Below are positions 17,574-23,863 of a DNA stretch of 23,863 nt, in pieces. A model generated the notes under the pieces. The model had not been told where the DNA came from, searched no databases, and saw only the letters and a list, made by a program, of their open reading frames with translations. Position 1 is the stretch's first letter, and each line of letters begins with the position of its first letter. Origin of the DNA: Promethearchaeota archaeon (GTDB taxonomy: Archaea; Asgardarchaeota; Lokiarchaeia; Sigyniarchaeales; SOKP01); the NCBI GenBank assembly GCA_016930515.1, contig JAFGGO010000034.1, positions 1 through 23,863 on the forward strand, written 5' to 3'. A program made the position numbers and the translations under genes.

Positions 17574-19292
17574 ATGAACGAAAAAATATTAGGTAAATTT
17601 GCAATTGTTCTCCATTCTCACTTGCCCTGGGTAATAAATCATGGTGTTTGGCCGCATGGTACTTCATGGGTTTACGAAGCCGCTGCAGAGACGTATTTAC
17701 CATTGTTGATGGAATTATATAAGCTAGTAGACGATGGTTATCACCCAAGATTGACGATTGGTCTTACACCTGTTCTTTGCGAGATGCTGCGGCATCCCTC
17801 GTTCGTTCAAGGGTTTTTAGGATATATGGACGAAAAAGTCGGTGCCGCTTTAAACGATTACGACAATTTCACGGAAAATAATTACGAAGAAGGCAGGATA
17901 AATTTAACGAAATGGTGGGAAGAGTTTTACGAACGAATGAGAGATATATTCCTCCATCGATTTAATAGGGATATTGTAGGTGCATTTAAATCGTTACAAG
18001 ATCAGGGTCTTATAGACATCATTACTTGCGGAGCGACTCACGGATATAGTCCCTTGCTTTCCAAGGATACTTCAATAGACGCACAATTTAAAACAGCAGT
18101 TGATAACTATAAAAAACATTTTGGTATGGCTCCAACAGGTGTCTGGCTCCCCGAATGTGCTTATCGACCCGGATATAGGTGGAAAAATCCCATTACTAAG
18201 GAAGAGTACGACAGACCTGGAATAGAATATTTTCTCGCAAAAAACGGTTTGAAATATTTCTTTATCGACACTTCAATGTTGTTAGGGGGTAAATCTCAAG
18301 GAGTATACGCTGCGAGATTTCCACTCTTAAAGGAGTTATGGAAACAATTCGAATCACAATACGAAGAAATTCCCACCTCTTTTGAGAAATCACAATACGA
18401 ATCCTACTTAACTAGTACAGCACCTTCTACTCCGGCTCCAGTCGGTTTTTTTACTCGAGATGAAAAGACGGGTATTGTAGTCTGGAGCGGAGAACACGGA
18501 TATCCTGGCTGCTCGGAATACTTAGATTTTCACAAAAAGCACTATCCAGGAGGACTTCGTTATTGGAAAGTAACCGGTCCGAAAGTAGACCTAGGCGCTA
18601 AAATGTTATACTGGCCAGATGATATACCCCGAAAATTAGACGAAAATGCCGGACATTATGTTAACCTCATAAAAGACATTTTAAGGGATTACAAGAACAA
18701 GTTTGGAACCTCCGGAATAATCGTAGCTCCTTACGATTGCGAACTTTTCGGTCATTGGTGGTTCGAAGGAACTTGGTGGCTGGCGAGGGTATTTAGATGG
18801 TTAGAAGACGATCCTGAAGTGGAGCTCACAAACACGAGAATCTATATGGAGCACAATCCCCCTAATAAGGTTGTTTCTCCTATAGAGGGTTCTTGGGGAC
18901 AAGGAAGCGGGCATTGGGTTTGGTTGAACGAATGGACTACTTGGACTTGGAAAAATATTTATGAATGCGAGGCAAAAAGCGAAGAAATTGTTGCACGACA
19001 TAAAAATTCTTCTGATCAAAACATGCAAAAGATTTTAAGACAACTGGTGAGGGAATTATTACTCTTGGAGAGTTCAGACTGGCAATTTTTAATATCTACT
19101 TGGTCTGCTAGAGATTACGCAGAGAATCGAGTTACCTTGCACTACGAAAACTTTAACCGCTTATACGATATGGCACAGAAGTATGGAAATGGACAATATG
19201 TTGATGAAGGTGAATGGCACTTCCTTGGCGTACTGGAAGCAAATGAGGGATTATTTGCTGATATTGATTTAGAACCGTTTGCGAAAAAATAA
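17574..19292 (+). CDS. GH57 1,4-alpha-glucan branching enzyme (with DUF1957-type C-terminal domain)
   Basis: LHSHLPWV, EAAAETYLPLL, CGATHGY.PLL, WLPEC (nucleophile Glu), PYDCELFGHWWFEG (acid/base Asp), SWG.G, RELLLLESSDWQF. Confidence 0.94.
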   Translation: MNEKILGKFAIVLHSHLPWVINHGVWPHGTSWVYEAAAETYLPLLMELYKLVDDGYHPRLTIGLTPVLCEMLRHPSFVQGFLGYMDEKVGAALNDYDNFTENNYEEGRINLTKWWEEFYERMRDIFLHRFNRDIVGAFKSLQDQGLIDIITCGATHGYSPLLSKDTSIDAQFKTAVDNYKKHFGMAPTGVWLPECAYRPGYRWKNPITKEEYDRPGIEYFLAKNGLKYFFIDTSMLLGGKSQGVYAARFPLLKELWKQFESQYEEIPTSFEKSQYESYLTSTAPSTPAPVGFFTRDEKTGIVVWSGEHGYPGCSEYLDFHKKHYPGGLRYWKVTGPKVDLGAKMLYWPDDIPRKLDENAGHYVNLIKDILRDYKNKFGTSGIIVAPYDCELFGHWWFEGTWWLARVFRWLEDDPEVELTNTRIYMEHNPPNKVVSPIEGSWGQGSGHWVWLNEWTTWTWKNIYECEAKSEEIVARHKNSSDQNMQKILRQLVRELLLLESSDWQFLISTWSARDYAENRVTLHYENFNRLYDMAQKYGNGQYVDEGEWHFLGVLEANEGLFADIDLEPFAKK

Positions 19293-19360
19293 TTTCTTTT
19301 TCATTTATTATATAGTAAAACTTTGAAAAATAATTCCTTAAATTAATTAGGAAAACACTT
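19293..19360. terminator. Putative bidirectional terminator region between convergent genes
   Basis: T-rich tract right after the GH57 stop, plus an imperfect dyad TTCCT-TAAATTAATT-AGGAA. Confidence 0.3.
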
Positions 19361-20512
19361 TTAGAGTGAGATTCCTAGATCTATGGTTTTATCTATTATT
19401 TGCGAATTATCGTTAATCTTAGAAAAAGGTGCTACAATTGCTTTCTTAAGCACTACATTAGCTCCAATTTGGCAGTTATTACAAATTATGGATTCTTCTA
19501 TGCGACATCCGGGTCCAATCGAAACCTCGTCCCATATTACGCTCCTATCTATAATACTATCTTCCCCAACAGATACATTACTACCTATGGATGTTAAATT
19601 TTTGATCTTAATCCTGTTGCTTAATCTTACATTTTCTCCAAAACAAGTTGGTCTATCTATGATAATATTTTGTCCCGAATCAATAATACCCATTACAAAT
19701 ATATCGTCGTAATTAGTACCATTAGGCGTGACAGGCCACGAGTGCAACCTTAAGAGGTCCCAATTAGCCCATAAATAGGTTTGCGCGTTTCCACAGTCCA
19801 TCCAATAATAATTCTTAACAAATCCATACAAGTCGTATTCGTTATCCAATAAAAAAGGAAAGACTTCTCCTCCAAAATCCATAAGGTTCTGATTTTCTTC
19901 GAGGATACTCGTAATTTTGTTATTAAAAGTATATATACCCGTGTTAATAATATTCGTATGGAGGAAAAGATCAGCCCTTTGAGCCATGCTGCTTAAATAT
20001 AATTCCATAGGTGCAGGTTTTTCTAAAAAAAGGTAAATCTTTCTCTTATCGTCCAATAACACGACACCGTATTGAGAAGTGTGGCTTTCCACAGTTTTCA
20101 TTGATATTGTTGCAATTCCACGCTTTTTCAAGTGAAAATTCATAAATTTTTTCATCGGTAAGTTGGTCACGATGTCCGCCATTGACACGACCACATTCTT
20201 CGAATCAATATGATCTTTTAATAACCAAAATGCTTCAGCAGTTCCCTTGCTGTCGTGAATGCGCCATTCCAATTCCACATCTCCTAGCTTATCTTGCGTC
20301 CAAGTTTTTTTTAAATGCTCTTCAATTTTATCACCCATATAAGCAAGTGCGAGGGTAATATGTTTGATGTCAGCATAAATTAGATGCGCAATCGAATAAT
20401 CAACCATCGGTTTGTTTGTAACTTTTACTAAAGGTTTTGGAATCGTAGCTGTAAGCGGCATGAGCCGAGATCCTTTTCCTCCCGCTAAGATTATGGCACT
20501 CCATTCACGCAT
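19361..20512 (-). CDS. Sugar-1-phosphate nucleotidyltransferase (NDP-sugar synthase; GlgC/mannose-1-P guanylyltransferase-like) with left-handed beta-helix
   Basis: ILAGGKGSRLMPLT..IPKPL, GTA, YGVV, FLEKP, NTGIY, DFGGEVFP, YWMDCG and C-terminal hexapeptide repeats. Confidence 0.92.
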   Translation of the reverse strand: MREWSAIILAGGKGSRLMPLTATIPKPLVKVTNKPMVDYSIAHLIYADIKHITLALAYMGDKIEEHLKKTWTQDKLGDVELEWRIHDSKGTAEAFWLLKDHIDSKNVVVSMADIVTNLPMKKFMNFHLKKRGIATISMKTVESHTSQYGVVLLDDKRKIYLFLEKPAPMELYLSSMAQRADLFLHTNIINTGIYTFNNKITSILEENQNLMDFGGEVFPFLLDNEYDLYGFVKNYYWMDCGNAQTYLWANWDLLRLHSWPVTPNGTNYDDIFVMGIIDSGQNIIIDRPTCFGENVRLSNRIKIKNLTSIGSNVSVGEDSIIDRSVIWDEVSIGPGCRIEESIICNNCQIGANVVLKKAIVAPFSKINDNSQIIDKTIDLGISL

Positions 20513-20694
20513 TGTTAGTAAAATCCGTTGATTATTTCTTCCGTGTATTGACTAAAATTCAAATTGAATAATAATGGTAAGTAAATTACCTTAAAATAAT
20601 ATTGTTTTAAAAATTTTTAGTGTAAATGTTTTGAAAACATATTTTAAATTTCATTAAGACAGTTTTTTAAAAAAAGCAATTAATTAAGAAGGTA

Positions 20695-21954
20695 TTATTT
20701 GTTCAATAAATTTCGAATTTCGATTGCTGTATGTTCAGGTAACTTTCTTGCAACCCGCATATCATCTGCCATTTCAGCACCACCGATTATTTCGTGGGGA
20801 ATTATATCTCCAAAAAGGTGAAAATCCGCATCGTATCCGTATGGACAGCAATTAAAGATGATATTTCGATTTCTTTCAACTCCTAATTCGTCCAAAGCAC
20901 TAAAAATGAGTTTTAGGGTTTTTGCCAAGTCCTGAATTTGATTAGGTTTTAAATTGGCAAACCTTCTTATGTGTTCGTGAGGGTAAAAACGCAGATGATA
21001 GTTCCTAACTGGGCTTCCCGTGGCGTAATATGTCCAGTATTTAGTTTTCAAAACGATGCGGTTGTCCTCGTCGTGAGATGTATGACATAATCGGCATTCT
21101 TTCATTTCTTCAAAAGCCTGTAAATAGCCTCCAAGCCGAGATCCATGTCCATCTCCGTTTAAATCGATGTAAACCTGACTATGGATACGAGGTTGACTTC
21201 CTCCTACTTTTCGACCTATATTAAAAAATGGTGAAATTAATATATCGTAATAATCGTTATTAATAGCCTCCTCTACTGAATAAAGTATTGCTGCCTTCAT
21301 TGAAAGAAAGATCCCTGCTAAAACATCCTCGGGAATAAGATCAAAACATAAGGCGGGATAAAAATTTCTTGAGATCGTCAATAAATTTATTCCTAATGAT
21401 AATTTAGAATTGAAAGGAAGTTCTTTTTCAAGCGTGTTTTTTAACTCTGGATCAATAACACGAATCATGGAAGGATATCGATTGATTAAGGTTACTGCTT
21501 TGACAGAAGGATCTAGAACGTCTATCTTTCGAGGTGTTGAAGTAAATGGATTATCTCTCCTAATCTCATCTTCGGTTATTATGATCGTGGAACCGTCCCT
21601 CAGAAGAGATCCATCTTTATTGTAAATTGGCTTACCCTCCGTTATTGATGTAAAGATATCTGAAATTCCCATAATTTTTGAACAATCTTGATCTTCTTTT
21701 AAATCATCTCCGTAATCATGTGGACGTTCACTTCGAATGGGGGATATATACGAAAATCTTCCCGAATATCGAATCTCCTTTCGAAGTCCAAACCCCTTTT
21801 TTTTTATCACAACGGTAGATAATGGATCCCAGCGTTTGATAGGTACTTCATTAATTGATTTAAAATTTTCCTTATTTATTATCCCCCATTCCATGAATTT
21901 AGGAAATGGTTCTTCAGGGTTCTTATCAATATATTCATTCGTAATTTTTATCAC
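20695..21954 (-). CDS. GalT-like / HIT-superfamily nucleotidyltransferase (Gal-1-P uridylyltransferase or ADP-glucose phosphorylase-like)
   Basis: S..RSERP, NRYP, F.N.G...GGSQPRIHSQ (equivalent to HxHxQ), CRLC, a second HIT-like half (P..H...F..L, FHL, GG.EM). GTG start. Confidence 0.8.
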   Translation of the reverse strand: MIKITNEYIDKNPEEPFPKFMEWGIINKENFKSINEVPIKRWDPLSTVVIKKKGFGLRKEIRYSGRFSYISPIRSERPHDYGDDLKEDQDCSKIMGISDIFTSITEGKPIYNKDGSLLRDGSTIIITEDEIRRDNPFTSTPRKIDVLDPSVKAVTLINRYPSMIRVIDPELKNTLEKELPFNSKLSLGINLLTISRNFYPALCFDLIPEDVLAGIFLSMKAAILYSVEEAINNDYYDILISPFFNIGRKVGGSQPRIHSQVYIDLNGDGHGSRLGGYLQAFEEMKECRLCHTSHDEDNRIVLKTKYWTYYATGSPVRNYHLRFYPHEHIRRFANLKPNQIQDLAKTLKLIFSALDELGVERNRNIIFNCCPYGYDADFHLFGDIIPHEIIGGAEMADDMRVARKLPEHTAIEIRNLLNK

Positions 21955-21971
21955 ATATTGTTTTATTTTAA

Positions 21972-22862
21972 CTAATTTTTTTGAATAGTTATCAGTTCCA
22001 AAACAATTTCAAAAATACCGCTAATATTTGCTATGGAATTCATGACATGTTCGAGAACTTTTTTTGAAGTGTTAATATAGGCTTCGTAAATGCATTTTGA
22101 ACCTTCTTGACAAATACCAGTGGTAAAAATTAAAGTGAGGTTCTTACTTTCGTGTTTCGACAAGATTTCAGAAATTTGTTGAATTATTGGTAATGTCATT
22201 TTTTCCCCAAAAATTACCCTTAAGCTAAACACCTCGTCGGCGTTTATTGGGATCATGTCAATTTTAACTACGTTTCCCCGAGTTCTATAAACCAAAAAAT
22301 AATTTTTCTTGGAAACGTCACCAATTTGTTGGATGAGTCCTGTTGGCAAGTCTATTTGGTGATTCTTAGATATATTAAATGAGTTAACGAGTTGTCCATG
22401 TGTTTCAATTGGTTTTATCGAGAGTGACTTGTCTACATTTTTAAGCTCATTTTTCAAGAATCGATAATAGGTTTTAATATCGTCTGCTTCATCTTCTCGT
22501 GATATTGATCCCCTATAAAAAGCTTTGTAAATATCCGTTATTGCAGATATTTTTTCTTTAAACGCCGTGAGCACACTTTCGTAGACAAAATAATCTGGTT
22601 CTTCTTCGGAACATATAGCAGATATCATGATAGTCTCTTGCCGACCTCGAGCCCATTTGGAAAAGATGTTAAAAACCAAGTTGGCCGTTTTCAGTTCTGG
22701 TGAAAAATTATGGATGAAAAAACCCTCGTCGTCTCTATCTAATAAGTTTTTGATATTATCGATGTTTTCGGATGCTGAACCAGATCTACTAATTAAATCT
22801 AAAGGAATTGTTAAAAATACTCGAGGACCTAATCTCGTGTCAAAATAGCTAAGAACCAACAT
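21972..22862 (-). CDS. Hypothetical protein: putative NPRL2/uDENN-type longin domain fused to AbrB-like and ACT-like domains
   Basis: 296-aa ORF. N-terminal LVLSYFDTRLGPRVFLTIP; central NISKNHQIDLPTGLIQQIG followed by two beta-like strands; C-terminal beta-alpha-beta-beta-alpha-beta hydrophobic pattern. The ORF is secure, the domain calls are inferred. Confidence 0.6.
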   Translation of the reverse strand: MLVLSYFDTRLGPRVFLTIPLDLISRSGSASENIDNIKNLLDRDDEGFFIHNFSPELKTANLVFNIFSKWARGRQETIMISAICSEEEPDYFVYESVLTAFKEKISAITDIYKAFYRGSISREDEADDIKTYYRFLKNELKNVDKSLSIKPIETHGQLVNSFNISKNHQIDLPTGLIQQIGDVSKKNYFLVYRTRGNVVKIDMIPINADEVFSLRVIFGEKMTLPIIQQISEILSKHESKNLTLIFTTGICQEGSKCIYEAYINTSKKVLEHVMNSIANISGIFEIVLELITIQKN

Positions 22863-22948
22863 TTAAGGCATATATTCTCGTAGATATTACACTATAAAGA
22901 TTAATAAGGTAGTTTGCTAATAAATAATTATTCATTAAAATTTATAAT

Positions 22949-22961
22949 AAAAAAAAAGGGG
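22949..22961 (-). terminator. Putative oligo-T terminator of the RHH gene
   Basis: Minus strand reads CCCC followed by T9, about 40 nt after the stop at 23002. Confidence 0.45.
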
Positions 22962-23001
22962 AATTACTCTTAATTTGTTTACCAACTTTGGGATGATAGA
23001 C

Positions 23002-23292
23002 TTAAGCTTCCCTTAAAATTTTAAAGGTTCTTAATTCCGTTATTGGCTCGTCCCCATCTCCCTTGCTTTCAATCGGAATTTTTACGAAATTTTTATCGTC
23101 AAAATCTTCGAATCCTTGTTCTTCAAGGGTGTATTTAGACATTTTATGGACGGATTTAAACTCTCTTAAGAGAAAATCCCGGACTGCACATCGAATAAGC
23201 TCAGATCTGGAAGGATAGAGGCCGTCTTCTCCTACCAACTTCTTGATTGCTTCGATGTACGATTCTGGTACATTTACTGTTACAATTTTCAT
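23002..23292 (-). CDS. Ribbon-helix-helix (CopG/MetJ/Arc-type) DNA-binding protein
   Basis: MKIVTVNVPESYIEAIKKLV...GLYPSRSELIR.AVRDFL is a classic RHH pattern. ATG at 23292 preferred over the track start at 23379. Confidence 0.88.
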   Translation of the reverse strand: MKIVTVNVPESYIEAIKKLVGEDGLYPSRSELIRCAVRDFLLREFKSVHKMSKYTLEEQGFEDFDDKNFVKIPIESKGDGDEPITELRTFKILREA

Positions 23293-23863
23293 GAGTATTA
23301 CACTTCTTTTTTTTGATGATTTCAATTGATCATTGATTATAATTGATATAAAGCTTCTGGCACGACCATTCTTAACCAATTAGCAGAGATCTTCCTTAAG
23401 TAATCTAGCTTTTAGTTAATTGACAATGCTGTAAGACTTAACCTTATCAATGAAATTTTTGGTGCAAAATTTTATGATCAATAATAAATTCGTATTACAT
23501 ATAAATGTTATTTTTTATCGGATTAATAGACTAGCAACTTGTCAAAATTAACGCGCTAATAAAACAGGTTTAAATAGAAAAGAAATAATAGTCGGATCTT
23601 CAACCAATTTAAACTTATTCATTCGTTCAAAATCGTCGTTATTTATAAATAACTGAAATTCATGCATTTATCTTTATATTTTATCTGATAATTTTTTTAA
23701 CAATTTTATCTTGAATTTCAAATTTCGTTCAAAAAACAATACAAATTTATATACAAAATAAAAAGAATTTCGATAATTATTCGAAAATTGAACAATAATC
23801 TATATAATAATTGATAGTAATATACTTTAAATTGATTAGGAATCTGATTTTCTTGATTACTAT

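Noticed and set aside
9668-22848. Other short ORFs in the track (9668, 11287, 12829, 15192, 16503, 18801, 19383, 19400, 21410, 21737, 22627)
   Set aside because: Antisense to or overlapping stronger genes, with no family signal. 11287-11469 runs through a T-rich terminator/promoter region.
23293-23379. N-terminal extension of the RHH ORF given in the track
   Set aside because: The RHH beta-strand begins right after ATG 23292; the extension starts at TTG and looks non-coding.
23293-23863. Replication origin, CRISPR leader/array or MITE
   Set aside because: No ORB-like G-string motifs, no cdc6/orc1 in the window, no regularly spaced repeats, and no clean terminal inverted repeats with target duplication.

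Overview
AT-rich archaeal chromosomal window. Gene content and protein style suggest an Asgard archaeon, probably Lokiarchaeia (inference). Left part: the distal end of an A/V-type ATPase operon (partial E, then A-B-D-I). Subunit A is interrupted in its Walker A motif by a 541-aa LAGLIDADG intein that also carries an HTH-like domain. Middle part: a 2-TM Zn-ribbon protein, tRNA splicing endonuclease (with a crenarchaeal-type specificity loop), a MEMO1/AmrB protein, a Pro-rich Zn-ribbon protein, a segmented coiled-coil protein with polyproline motifs, a PfkB kinase, a YdjM-type membrane hydrolase that appears to start at a non-canonical GTT codon, radA and a 7-TM protein. Right part: a putative glycogen/sugar-nucleotide locus with a GH57 branching enzyme, a sugar-1-phosphate nucleotidyltransferase, a catalytically degenerate phosphohexomutase homologue and a GalT-like transferase lacking its structural Zn ligands. 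That locus is headed by an RHH regulator and an unusual protein that looks like an NPRL2/uDENN-type longin domain fused to AbrB-like and ACT-like domains. This last module is the best candidate for an undescribed system. No rRNA, tRNA, CRISPR array or transposase was seen. All family calls come from motif recognition by eye; no searches were run.
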